Positions 15,360 to 27,229 of a DNA stretch of 37,259 bases are shown here, one piece after another (position 1 is the first letter of the stretch; each line of letters starts with the position of its first letter). Location of the stretch: assembly GCA_033722135.1 (NCBI GenBank), contig JAWVZO010000003.1:1-37259 (forward strand), in the 5' to 3' direction. Below the pieces are notes generated by a model, which saw only the letters and a list, made by a program, of their open reading frames with translations, did not search any database and was not told the origin of the DNA. This stretch comes from Gammaproteobacteria bacterium. Its GTDB lineage: Bacteria; Pseudomonadota; Gammaproteobacteria; QNFN01. The position numbers and the translations under genes were made by a program.

Positions 15360-17369
15360 TCAGTCTGCGGGCGGGGCGGCCACGAAGGCGGAGTCGTACA
15401 CCGGCAGCCGATCCGCGGCCCAGCTCGCCCGGCCCAGCTCGGTGACCGCGTCGACCTCGGCCTGGGGGACGTTCTCCGGGTCCCAGACCTCGAGCGGATC
15501 GTAGTGGAACAGGTAGAGCCGCGAGGTGAACTGGCTGATCGGCAGCGACGATTCGCCGGCCAGCTCGCCGTGCCCCTCGGTGGAGACCACGACGTCGTGT
15601 CCCCAGTTCTGGCCGCTGTCGTTGTTCGGGTTGTAGAAGTAGGCGCGGGTCTCGCCGGTCTGGTCGAGCGCGACGCGCAGGAGCGTGATGGCGTGCCAGC
15701 CGATGAACCGGGCCATCGCGTCGGTCACCGCCAGGCCGACCGGTTGCGGATGGATGACCGGGTGGCCCCAGCTGTAGGCCGGGTGATAGCAGGCGTAGAA
15801 GAGGCGGACGAAGTCGTCGTAGTCCTTCAGCTTGCCGGAGGCGACGTCGACGGCGATGGCGAAACCGCGCCCCACGCGCCAGCCGTGAAACTCCGGGTTG
15901 ACGTGGATGTGCGGGTCGTTGCCGGCGGTGTCCGCGAGCCGGCTCATCTCGGCATAGACCCGGTCGAGATGCGGAACCAGCACCAGCGAGACCGGGTCGA
16001 GATCGCTGCCGATCTGACCCGCCCCGCCCTCGGGCAGGAACGCCGACGATATCTGCCTGTCGTGGAAGGTCATCAGGATGCCGTCGTCGCGTCCGGCCCA
16101 GGCCAGCAGCTGCAGCAGGTAGTCGGGATCGGAGTAGGCCCACATCGACATCGCCCGTGCCGACTGGCAGGTCGGGTTGTCGCCCTGGCCGATGCCGAGG
16201 GGCTGGCCGAGCACGCTGATGGTCCCGGCCAGCAGATGGACGTCGGGCGGATGGCGCGTGCCGCAGACACTGGCCAGCCGCCCCTTGGCATTTTCGGTCA
16301 GCGGCAGGTTGATCTGGCGCCACAGCGAGGAGGCCACGCCGGGCACGTGCAGCACGGCGCGCTCGAGCAGCGCGGTCAGGCCGTACAGGCACTGGCAGGT
16401 CTCGGGGTGGACGGCCTTGTCGATCAGCGCATGGACGAGCTCGCGGTAGGTCAGGTAGCTGTCGAGTCCGGTGCTGCTCAGGCCGAGCGCGGTGCGCAGC
16501 AGCTCCGGGTTTTCCGTGAGCAGGAAGCGGACCAGGGAGGCGTGGTACGGAGAGACGAGCCCGGTGTCCAGCATGGATCGGGCGCAGGCGTTGGCCTCCT
16601 CCTGCAGTCGGCTCGCGTCCATCGCGGTGAGACTCTCCGCGTAGGCGTCGATCCCGGGGTCGTCGCGCGACGCGGGGCTCGGGCTGTACAGCGAGCTGAT
16701 CAGGCGTTCGGCCCCGACCGGCATTCGCGAGCCGGCATGCTCGGGGTCGTAGCAGATCACCGACAGCTTGGTGACCATCGCGTGGATCGGCGCGACGTGG
16801 ATCGGGCGCTGGCGCAACAGACGCCATATCTCCTCGACGAGCTGTTCGAGGAGGTTGTCGTAGCCGATGCTCTCGGCGATGAACTGCAGGACGTTGCGCG
16901 CGAGTTCCGTCGTGGCGCCCCGCGCACGCGAGGCCTCGGTGTGACGCTCGAAGACGTAGTCGAGGCAGAACGCAAGCACCTCGCGGAGATGGTGACCGGC
17001 CTGTTCCGCGGAGACCCCGGGACGCACGTACCGGCCCTCGGCGATCGCGAGCAGGCGCAACTCGCTCAGGCACTCGAGGGTCGCCGACCAGCGATCGCCT
17101 TCGTTGAGCGTCTGCGGGACGAAGGCGGCCTGGAGCCGTTCGGGCTGGTCCCAGTCACTGCCGGCAAAGACCCCCGCGGCATCGAAGCGGTGGGCGAGCC
17201 CGGTCAGGGCGGCCGGCCCCCTGGGACGACGCAGCACCCGCTCCGCGGTGTCCAGTACCCGCGGTAGGTGGCGCGCCCGAGCGAACCCCGGGGCTTGCTC
17301 GAGTCGTTCCAGCGCCTCGGTGAAGCGCTCCACTGGCTGGTCGAGATCTTCGGCCTGGGATTCGTTCAT
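15360..17369 (-). CDS. 669-aa protein with putative C-terminal papain/calpain-like cysteine peptidase or transpeptidase domain
   Basis: Long ORF with protein-like composition; motifs 'GQGDNPTCQS' (Q395, C401), 'GWHAITLLRV' (H559) and 'YFYNPNNDSGQNWG' (N580). The ORF is secure; the function is inferred. Confidence 0.75.
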   Translation of the reverse strand: MNESQAEDLDQPVERFTEALERLEQAPGFARARHLPRVLDTAERVLRRPRGPAALTGLAHRFDAAGVFAGSDWDQPERLQAAFVPQTLNEGDRWSATLECLSELRLLAIAEGRYVRPGVSAEQAGHHLREVLAFCLDYVFERHTEASRARGATTELARNVLQFIAESIGYDNLLEQLVEEIWRLLRQRPIHVAPIHAMVTKLSVICYDPEHAGSRMPVGAERLISSLYSPSPASRDDPGIDAYAESLTAMDASRLQEEANACARSMLDTGLVSPYHASLVRFLLTENPELLRTALGLSSTGLDSYLTYRELVHALIDKAVHPETCQCLYGLTALLERAVLHVPGVASSLWRQINLPLTENAKGRLASVCGTRHPPDVHLLAGTISVLGQPLGIGQGDNPTCQSARAMSMWAYSDPDYLLQLLAWAGRDDGILMTFHDRQISSAFLPEGGAGQIGSDLDPVSLVLVPHLDRVYAEMSRLADTAGNDPHIHVNPEFHGWRVGRGFAIAVDVASGKLKDYDDFVRLFYACYHPAYSWGHPVIHPQPVGLAVTDAMARFIGWHAITLLRVALDQTGETRAYFYNPNNDSGQNWGHDVVVSTEGHGELAGESSLPISQFTSRLYLFHYDPLEVWDPENVPQAEVDAVTELGRASWAADRLPVYDSAFVAAPPAD

Positions 17370-17447
17370 TGGGAGTCCGCGGAAGGCGCTGGGAGGACAC
17401 GATGGTCCGGCCCGGCCACGGGGGTTGCCCCGCAGCGGGCCGCTGCC

Positions 17448-18671
17448 TCAGAGGTAGTAGTCCAGCCCCTCCTGGTGTTTGAGCAGGTCGCGCAACTTGA
17501 TCGGGTCGTCTCCGAAGAAGAAGACCAGACCCCAGTGGGTGCCGAATGCGGTGCGCTTGGTCACCTTGCCCTCCAGTGGCGCCGGCAGTTCATGATACTC
17601 GAAGTACGGATGGTCCAGCGTCTCCTCGGGGATCTCGAGCTTGTTGACGACGCGGTGCCGCGGGTAGACGCCGAAGCAGCCGGCGTGGCCCTTGGCATCG
17701 ACCACCTCGCGCGGGAAGAAGGCCTCGATCTCCTCCTCGGTGGCCTTCGGGTCGAAGACCAGCATCGACGCCTGGTAGGCGTTGAAGCCGTAGGCGCGCT
17801 CGATGAGCTCGAACGCCTTGAAGCCGGGCGGCCGGTAGGCGACCTCGCCGAAGTAGAGCGTGCCGTCGCTGGTGACGAAGTACTCGGGGTGGATCTGGCC
17901 GAACTTGATGTCGAAGGTCTTGATCAGCTTCTCGACCTCCTCGGTGATCCGTGGCCGCCACTTCTCGAGCTCCGGCGTCGCCGGCACGAACACCGAGTAG
18001 CCGAGGGTGACGTACTCGGAGATGTTCAGGAAGCGGATCTTGCCGTCGTGGACCCACGCCTCGACGGCGAACTCCCAGCCGGAGAGGTGGCTCTCCATCA
18101 GCAGCGGGAACTCCTCGTCCGGGATCTTCTCGACGTCCTCGGCGGTGCGGATCGTCCGGTGGCCGAGGCAGCCGGCCTTGTCGAAGGCCTTGACGTGGAT
18201 CGGGTCGTCCGGATCGCCGTCGAGCTTGAGCAGCGTCTGCCCGACGCGGCGGATGAAGCGGATGATGTCATCGTGGTCGTGGGCTTCCTCGAAGATGCCC
18301 ACGCGGATGCCGCCGAGCTGGGCGCGCCGTTTCATGAGCGCCTTGTCGCGGAACAGGATCGCCTGCCCGTGGAGGCGCGGGTTGCCGGTCAGCACCGAGT
18401 TGATGGCGCCGGCCCATTCCACGGTCTCCTCGAACAGCGGGACGGCGATGTCGACGCCCTCTTCCTTGAGCCGCTCGGCGATCTCCATCGAGCGGTCGTT
18501 GAGCCGCTCGAAGTTCCAGGGTATGAACGGAATGCCGTTCTGCTTCGCGTAGTCCTCGGCCCACTCGGGCGCGACGACGACGTAGCGGCGGTCGAAATTC
18601 TCCGCCGCTTCGATGGCGCCGAGCGCCCAGCCGAGCAGCGCGATGTAGCCTTTCTCGGGGTTCTTCTCCAT
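17448..18671 (-). CDS. ATP-grasp carboxylate-amine ligase (L-amino acid ligase-like)
   Basis: 'FRDKALMKRR', 'HVKAFDKAGCLG', 'LLMESHLSGWEFAVE...DG', 'IHPEYF...G.LYFGEVAYRPPG'; AAGGAG RBS inside the ectC 3' end. Confidence 0.88.
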   Translation of the reverse strand: MEKNPEKGYIALLGWALGAIEAAENFDRRYVVVAPEWAEDYAKQNGIPFIPWNFERLNDRSMEIAERLKEEGVDIAVPLFEETVEWAGAINSVLTGNPRLHGQAILFRDKALMKRRAQLGGIRVGIFEEAHDHDDIIRFIRRVGQTLLKLDGDPDDPIHVKAFDKAGCLGHRTIRTAEDVEKIPDEEFPLLMESHLSGWEFAVEAWVHDGKIRFLNISEYVTLGYSVFVPATPELEKWRPRITEEVEKLIKTFDIKFGQIHPEYFVTSDGTLYFGEVAYRPPGFKAFELIERAYGFNAYQASMLVFDPKATEEEIEAFFPREVVDAKGHAGCFGVYPRHRVVNKLEIPEETLDHPYFEYHELPAPLEGKVTKRTAFGTHWGLVFFFGDDPIKLRDLLKHQEGLDYYL

Positions 18672-18673
18672 GT

Positions 18674-19105
18674 TCAGAGGCTCCTTCCGGGTTCGTTGCC
18701 CTCCGTGTCGTAGTCGGTCTGCGCGGGCGGCGCGTAGGCGCCGTCCTTGTCGTGGATCTCGCGTCCGGTGACCGGGGGGTTGAAGGTGCAGACCAGACGC
18801 ATTTCCGTCTCGGCCTTGAGGATGTGGCGGTCGTGCTTGTCGAGCGCATAGAGCGTGCCGGGCTCGATGGTGTGGACCTCGTCGGTCTCGAGGTCGGTGA
18901 TGGTGCCCTTGCCGGCGTAGCAGTAGACGGCCTCGAGGTGGTACTTGTAGTGCATCTGGAACTCGAGGCCGGCCGGGAACACGGTCTCGTGCATCGAGAA
19001 GCCCATGCCGTCGCCGGCGAGCAGGAAGCGGTAGCTGGTCCAGCCGTCCGGGCTGATCACCTCGCGCTCGGTGCCTTTGAGGTCATCGAGTCTGACGATT
19101 TTCAT
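18674..19105 (-). CDS. ectC: Ectoine synthase (EctC cupin), no ectAB adjacent
   Basis: 'W.S.R.LL..DGMGFS.H.T', 'HY..HLEAVYC', '[13 protein letters not shown]', '[15 protein letters not shown]'; metal ligands E58/Y86/H94; GGAG RBS. Confidence 0.93.
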   Translation of the reverse strand: MKIVRLDDLKGTEREVISPDGWTSYRFLLAGDGMGFSMHETVFPAGLEFQMHYKYHLEAVYCYAGKGTITDLETDEVHTIEPGTLYALDKHDRHILKAETEMRLVCTFNPPVTGREIHDKDGAYAPPAQTDYDTEGNEPGRSL

Positions 19106-19344
19106 GTTTTCGACTCCATGGTGCGTGGTTGTACCCCGGCGGTCCGGGGCCGTGGTGGCGACACGTTTTCAGCGACGGGTTGAGAGAGCCGTCACGGGTC
19201 CGTAGAGCGCCTGGCGGCGAGGGTCTCGACGGTGAAGATTCGTCGGACGATGCGGGGGCGGGCAGGTCCGGACCCCGGCGGGAGGCGCGGGGGAATCAAG
19301 ACGAGTCAGCGACCAGGTGGCGTCGCCTGTTCAGGGTGCTGTGT

Positions 19345-19384
19345 CAGAATTTTCTTTTCTGCATAATGACATATAAACATAGCA
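19345..19384 (-). promoter_or_regulatory. AT-rich block with extended -10 (TGCTATGTT), candidate promoter of the ectC unit
   Basis: Sharp AT-rich island in high-GC DNA; TG-C-TATGTT on the minus strand at 19384-19376, about 270 nt upstream of ectC. Confidence 0.4.
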
Positions 19385-19417
19385 TGCCCGCCCGATATCC
19401 TCCACTCGGCGGTCGTT

Positions 19418-19460
19418 GAGGGCTTTTGCCGCCTACGTTGCAGGCGCCGCGAAAGCCCTC
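19418..19460. terminator. Long imperfect hairpin right after the ubiA stop
   Basis: GAGGGCTTTtGC...GCgAAAGCCCTC outer stem plus inner GCCT/AGGC; no U-tract, so terminator or RNA-stability element. Confidence 0.4.
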
Positions 19461-19470
19461 CGCGCCGTAT

Positions 19471-20379
19471 TCAGCCGGAGGTACGCAGCGCGTAGTCGGC
19501 GATCACGCCCACGGTCACCGCGAGGCCCAGCCAGTTGTTGTTGAGGAAGGCGCGGAAGCACTGGGCCGGCTCGCGGCCGGCGATCAGGCGCTGGTGGTAG
19601 ACCATGAACCCGACCGCCACCAGCAAACCGGCGACGAAGGGCCAGCCGAGCCCGGCCTGGTGGCCCACCACCGCGAGCGTGACCACGAACAGCCCCTGCA
19701 GCAGGGCGAGGATCGGCAGGTCGGCGTCGCCGAACAGGATCGCCGTCGATTTGACGCCGATCTTCAGGTCTTCGGGCCGGTCGGCCATGGCATACATGGT
19801 GTCGTAGATCGTCGCCCAGAGGATCGCCGCCAGGTAGAGCAGCCATGCGACCGGCGGCAGGCTCCCGGCCTGGGCGGCGAAGGCCATCGGTACGGCCCAG
19901 CCGAAGGCGGCGCCGAGGTGGATCTGGGGCAGGTGGGTGTAGCGCTTGGCGAACGGGTAGGTCGCGGCGAGCAGCACGGCGACCACCGACAGGGCGATGG
20001 TCAGCGGGTTCATCAGCAGCACCAGCAGGAAGGCGAGCAGGCTGAGCCCGGCGGCGACGTAGAGCGCCTCGCGCGGGGTGACCAGCCCCGCGGCCAGGGG
20101 GCGCTCGCTGGTGCGCGCGACGTGGGGGTCGATCTCGCGGTCGGCGAAGTCGTTGATCGCGCAGCCCGCCGAGCGCATCAGGAAGGTGCCGAGCACGAAC
20201 ACCCCCAGCACCAGCGGGTCGGGCACTCCCTCGGCTGCGATCCACAGCGCCCAGAGGCACGGCCAGAGCAGCAGGAACGTGCCGATGGGCCGGTGCAGGC
20301 GCACCAGCAGGGCGTAGCGGCGCAGTCGCTCGCTGAGCGAGGGCGCGGCGGAGGGGGCGGATTCGGTCTCGGTAGCCAT
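19471..20379 (-). CDS. ubiA: 4-hydroxybenzoate polyprenyltransferase (alternative start 20418)
   Basis: '[14 protein letters not shown]', '[24 protein letters not shown]', '[25 protein letters not shown]'. Confidence 0.96.
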   Translation of the reverse strand: MATETESAPSAAPSLSERLRRYALLVRLHRPIGTFLLLWPCLWALWIAAEGVPDPLVLGVFVLGTFLMRSAGCAINDFADREIDPHVARTSERPLAAGLVTPREALYVAAGLSLLAFLLVLLMNPLTIALSVVAVLLAATYPFAKRYTHLPQIHLGAAFGWAVPMAFAAQAGSLPPVAWLLYLAAILWATIYDTMYAMADRPEDLKIGVKSTAILFGDADLPILALLQGLFVVTLAVVGHQAGLGWPFVAGLLVAVGFMVYHQRLIAGREPAQCFRAFLNNNWLGLAVTVGVIADYALRTSG

Positions 20380-20419
20380 GGTCCTGAGGGGGTCCGTGGG
20401 TGCCGGGTGGATGCCCATT

Positions 20420-22507
20420 CTAGACGTCGCCGTAGCGGGTGCGCGCCCCGAGCCAGCGCGCGATCAGCGGATCGACGGCCTCGGGGTGGTCGCGGCGCAG
20501 GAGCTCGGCGCACCGCTGGACGTCGGCGAGCAGGTGCTGGTCGCGGACCAGGTCGGCGACGCGCAGTTGCAGCTCGCCGGTCTGGCGCGTGCCGAGGACC
20601 TCGCCGGGGCCGCGGATCTCGAGGTCGCGGCGGGCGATGACGAAGCCGTCCTGGCTCTCGCGCAGGACCTCCAGGCGACGCCGGGCGTTCTGGCTCAGCC
20701 CCTCGCGGTAGAGCAGCACGCAGAAGCTCTGCTCGGCGCCGCGCCCGACGCGGCCGCGCAGCTGGTGGAGCTGGGCCAGGCCGAGCCGCTCGGCGTTGTC
20801 GACGATCATCAGCGTCGCGTTGGGCACGTCGACGCCGACCTCGATCACCGTCGTGGCCACCAACAGGTCGATCTCGCCGGACTCGAAGGCGCGCATCACG
20901 CCCTCCTTGGCGTCGCCCTTGAGGCGGCCGTGCACCAGGCCGACGCGCAGGCACGGCAGCGCCTCGGCGAGCCCGGCCGCGGTGGCCTCGGCGGCCTCCG
21001 CCTCGAGCACCTCGGACTCCTCGATCAGGGTGCAGACCCAGTAGGCCTGGCGTCCCTCGGCGCAGGCGTCACGCACCCGGGTGACGACCTCTTCGCGACG
21101 GCGTGCCGGCAACGCGACGGTGGTGACCGGCTTGCGTCCGGGCGGGAGCGCGTCGATGACCGACACGTCGAGATCGGCGTAGGCGGCCATCGCCAGCGTC
21201 CGCGGGATCGGCGTGGCGGTCATGATCAGCTGGTGTGGACGGCGGTCGCCGTCGGCACCCTTGTCGCGCATCGCCAGTCGCTGGTGGACGCCGAAACGGT
21301 GCTGCTCGTCGACGACCACCAGCCCGAGCCGGTCGAACGCGGGTGCCTCCTGGAACAGCGCGTGGGTGCCTACCGCAACGCGCGCGCTGCCGTCGGCCAG
21401 CGCGGCGAGCGCGGCGCGGCGCGCGGTGCGCGGGCCGCGACCGCCGAGCCAGGCGCTGCGTACGCCGAGCGGATCGAGCCAGTGGCCGAAGTTGCGCGCA
21501 TGTTGCTCCGCCAGCAGCTCGGTGGGGGCCACGACGGCGGCCTGCCAGCCCGCCTCGACCGCCTGCAGAACCGCGGCCGCGGCGACCACCGTCTTGCCCG
21601 AGCCGACGTCACCCTGCAGCAGGCGCAGCATCGGCCGTGGCTGGGCCAGGTCGCCGTGGATCTCGTCGATGACCCGCGCCTGGGCCCCGGTCAGGCTGAA
21701 CGGCAGCGCGGCGCGCAGCGCGTCGAACAGCGCGCCGGGCGGGGCGAGCGGCGGGGCGGCGTAGCGCTGCAGCCGCTCGCGGAGCTGGCGCAGGCTCAGC
21801 TGGTGGGCGAGCAGCTCCTCGAAGGCGAGGCGGCGGTGCAGTGGCTGCCCGCTCTGCGGGACCGGGTCATCCAGCGGCGGCAGGTGGAGTCGGCGCAGCG
21901 CGTCGACCAGCGGGGGGAGGTCGAAGCGGGCGCGGACGTCGGCCGGCAGCCACTCCTGGAGCCGGGCGCGGCCCCGGTCGACCATCGCGAGCGCCTGGCC
22001 GACGAGCTGGCGCAGGGTCGCCTGCCGTACCCCCTCCGTGACCGGGTAGACCGGGGTCAGGGTCGGCGTCCCTGCGGGCGGTTCCCCGGTGTCGAGCCGG
22101 TACTCGGGGTGGACCATCTCCAGGCCCGACGGCCCTGGGCGTGCCTCGCCGAAGCAGTCGATCGGCGTGCCGCGCTGGAAGCCCTCCTGCTGGCGGCGGC
22201 TGAAGTGGAAGAAGCGCAGCGTGACGGTACCGGTGCCGTCGGCGACGCGTACCAGCAGGGCCCGGCGGCGTCCGAAATGGACCTGGGCCAGCTCGACCCG
22301 GCCCTGGACGCGCGCCGACTGCCCCGGCCGCAGCGCCCCCAGCGGGACCCGCGTGGCACGGTCCTCGTAGCGCAGCGGCAGGTGGAACAGCAGGTCCTGG
22401 ACGCTCTCCAGTCCGAGCCGGGCCAGGCGTCCGGCCACGCCCGGGCCGACCCGGTGCAGCGCCGTCAGGGGCAGGCTCTCGACTGGCGGCGGCGTTCTGT
22501 CGTTCAC
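20420..22507 (-). CDS. recG: ATP-dependent DNA helicase RecG
   Basis: 'HLPLRYEDR', '[10 protein letters not shown]', 'DEQHRFGV', '[10 protein letters not shown]', '[12 protein letters not shown]'. Confidence 0.98.
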   Translation of the reverse strand: MNDRTPPPVESLPLTALHRVGPGVAGRLARLGLESVQDLLFHLPLRYEDRATRVPLGALRPGQSARVQGRVELAQVHFGRRRALLVRVADGTGTVTLRFFHFSRRQQEGFQRGTPIDCFGEARPGPSGLEMVHPEYRLDTGEPPAGTPTLTPVYPVTEGVRQATLRQLVGQALAMVDRGRARLQEWLPADVRARFDLPPLVDALRRLHLPPLDDPVPQSGQPLHRRLAFEELLAHQLSLRQLRERLQRYAAPPLAPPGALFDALRAALPFSLTGAQARVIDEIHGDLAQPRPMLRLLQGDVGSGKTVVAAAAVLQAVEAGWQAAVVAPTELLAEQHARNFGHWLDPLGVRSAWLGGRGPRTARRAALAALADGSARVAVGTHALFQEAPAFDRLGLVVVDEQHRFGVHQRLAMRDKGADGDRRPHQLIMTATPIPRTLAMAAYADLDVSVIDALPPGRKPVTTVALPARRREEVVTRVRDACAEGRQAYWVCTLIEESEVLEAEAAEATAAGLAEALPCLRVGLVHGRLKGDAKEGVMRAFESGEIDLLVATTVIEVGVDVPNATLMIVDNAERLGLAQLHQLRGRVGRGAEQSFCVLLYREGLSQNARRRLEVLRESQDGFVIARRDLEIRGPGEVLGTRQTGELQLRVADLVRDQHLLADVQRCAELLRRDHPEAVDPLIARWLGARTRYGDV

Positions 22508-22532
22508 GCGGCTCGCGAGGGGTGCGCCCGGC

Positions 22533-24611
22533 TCAGTGGACCTGCTCGGCGAGCCGTTCGAGCAGCGTGGCCTGGGCGCTCGTGGCCTTCCTGCGGCCCG
22601 GCTCGAGGCGCCGGTAGCCGCCGTCGGACAGCTGCTCCCACGCCTGGACGTTGTCGGCGAGGTAGAGCTCGAGCGACTCGTCGATCACGCGCTTGCGCAG
22701 CGCCGGGTCCTCCACCGGGAAGGCGCTCTCGACGCGGCGGAAGAAGTTGCGGTCCATCCAGTCCGCGCTCGAGCAGTAGACCTGCGGGTCCCCGTCGTTG
22801 TGGAAGCAGAACACCCGGGAGTGCTCCAGGAACCGGCCGACGACCGAGCGGACCCGGATGTTGTCGGAGACCCCGGGGAGCCCGGTGCGCAGGCAGCAGA
22901 TGCCGCGCACCAGGAGGTCGATCTTCACGCCGGCCTGGGAGGCGCGGTACATCGCCCGGATGATCTGCGGCTCGACCAGTGAGTTCATCCGCGCGAGGAC
23001 GCGCGCCGGCCGCCCGGCCTTGGCCGCCTCCGCCTCGCGCTCGATCATCTCCACCATCCGCTGGTGCAGCGTGAACGGCGACTGGAGCAGCTTCTTCAGG
23101 CGGGTGATCCGGCCCAGCCCGGTGAGCTGCTGGAACAGCTTGTGCACGTCCTCGCCGATCGCCTTGTCGCAAGTCAGCAGCCCGTAGTCGGTGTACAGGC
23201 GGGCGGTGCTGGCATGGTAGTTGCCAGTGCCGAGGTGGACGTAGCGGCGCAGCTTGCGCCCCTCGCGGCGGACGATCATCAGAAGCTTGGCGTGGGTCTT
23301 GTAGCCGACCACGCCGTAGACCACGTGCGCGCCGGCCTCCTGGAGCCGGGTCGCCAGGCCGATGTTGGCCTCCTCGTCGAAGCGCGCGCGCAGCTCGACC
23401 ACCGCCGTGACCTCCTTGCCGGCCCGCGCGGCGTCGATCAGCGCGCCGACCAGGGTCGAGTCGGTGTCGGTCCGGTAGATGGTCTGCTTGATCGCCAGCA
23501 CGGCCGGGTCGACCGCCGCCTGGCGCACCAGATCCTGCACCGGCGAGAACGCTTCGTAGGGGTGGTGCAGCAGCAGGTCGCCGTCGGCGAGCGCCTCGAA
23601 CATGTTCTGCTTGTGTGCGAGCCGCGCGGGGCGGCTCGGCGTGAAGGGCGGGAACTTCAGGTCGGGGCGGTCGACCATGTCGGGAATGGCCATCAGCCGG
23701 TTGAGGTTGACCGGGCCGTTGACCTGGTAGAGGTCGTCCTCGGTGAGCTCGAATTTCTCGAGCAGGAAGCGCGCGAGGTGGCGCGGGCAGTTGTCGGCGA
23801 CCTCGAGGCGCACGCCGTCGCCGTAGCGCCGGCCGGGCAGCTCGCCCTGCAGCGCACGCAGCAGATCGTCGACCGCCTCCTCGTCGACGAACAGGTCGCT
23901 GTTGCGGGTCACGCGGAACTGGTGGCAGCCGGTCACCCGCATGCCGGGGAACAGCTCCTCGACGTGGGCGTGGATGATCGACGAGAGGAAGACCAGGCCG
24001 CAGGTGTCGCCGGAGTAACTCTTCGGCACCTCGATCACCCGCGGCAGCGAGCGGGGCGCCTGGAGCACGGCGAGGCCGCTGTCGCGGCCGAAGACGTCCT
24101 TGCCCTCGAGCGCGATGATGAAGTTCAGCGACTTGTTCAGGACCCGCGGGAACGGGTGGGCGAGGTCGAGGCCGATCGGCGTCAGCACCGGCTGCACCTC
24201 GTTGTCGAAGTGGCGCTTGACCCAGCCGGTCAGCCTGCCGTCCCACTGCGAGCGCTTCAGGACGCGGATGCCCTGGTCTGCCATCAGCGGCAGCAGCACG
24301 TCGTTGAGCACGCGGTACTGCTCGGCGACGAGCTCGTGGGCGATCGCGCTGATCCGCGCGAGCTGCTCGTGCGGCGTCAGGCCGTCCGGGCCGCTGGTCA
24401 GGACGCCGAGGTCGATCTGTTGCTTGACGCTGGCGGCGCGCACCTCGAAGAACTCGTCGAGATTGCGGCTCGAGATGCACAGGAAGCGCAGCCGCTCGAG
24501 CAGCGGCGTGGCGTCGTCCTTGGCCTGTTCGAGCACCCGCCGGTTGAATTCGAGCAGGCTGAGCTCGCGGTTGACGAAGAGGTCGGGGTTGCTGAGGTCG
24601 ATGTCTCTCAT
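22533..24611 (-). CDS. ppk1: Polyphosphate kinase 1 (start could be 24641/24647)
   Basis: 'NRELSLLEFNRRVL', 'NLDEFFEVR', 'LLHHPY', 'ARFDEEANI', 'KTHAK', 'GRFLEHSR', 'SADWMDRN'. Confidence 0.98.
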   Translation of the reverse strand: MRDIDLSNPDLFVNRELSLLEFNRRVLEQAKDDATPLLERLRFLCISSRNLDEFFEVRAASVKQQIDLGVLTSGPDGLTPHEQLARISAIAHELVAEQYRVLNDVLLPLMADQGIRVLKRSQWDGRLTGWVKRHFDNEVQPVLTPIGLDLAHPFPRVLNKSLNFIIALEGKDVFGRDSGLAVLQAPRSLPRVIEVPKSYSGDTCGLVFLSSIIHAHVEELFPGMRVTGCHQFRVTRNSDLFVDEEAVDDLLRALQGELPGRRYGDGVRLEVADNCPRHLARFLLEKFELTEDDLYQVNGPVNLNRLMAIPDMVDRPDLKFPPFTPSRPARLAHKQNMFEALADGDLLLHHPYEAFSPVQDLVRQAAVDPAVLAIKQTIYRTDTDSTLVGALIDAARAGKEVTAVVELRARFDEEANIGLATRLQEAGAHVVYGVVGYKTHAKLLMIVRREGRKLRRYVHLGTGNYHASTARLYTDYGLLTCDKAIGEDVHKLFQQLTGLGRITRLKKLLQSPFTLHQRMVEMIEREAEAAKAGRPARVLARMNSLVEPQIIRAMYRASQAGVKIDLLVRGICCLRTGLPGVSDNIRVRSVVGRFLEHSRVFCFHNDGDPQVYCSSADWMDRNFFRRVESAFPVEDPALRKRVIDESLELYLADNVQAWEQLSDGGYRRLEPGRRKATSAQATLLERLAEQVH

Positions 24612-24656
24612 GGTCCGGCGTCCGTTGCCTTTGGGGTCCATGGGCACGCGCCCGGC

Positions 24657-27210
<2,554 letters not shown>

Positions 27211-27229
27211 GGCTTCCGGGGCCCTGCGC

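Noticed and set aside
19129-19419. 96-aa + strand ORF in the ectC-ubiA gap
   Set aside because: No clear RBS or motif and it runs through the AT-rich putative promoter; more likely non-coding.
15330-19470. ectC unit as a mobile element or recent genomic island
   Set aside because: No integrase, transposase, tRNA or flanking repeats seen, and composition resembles the backbone; at most an old insertion.
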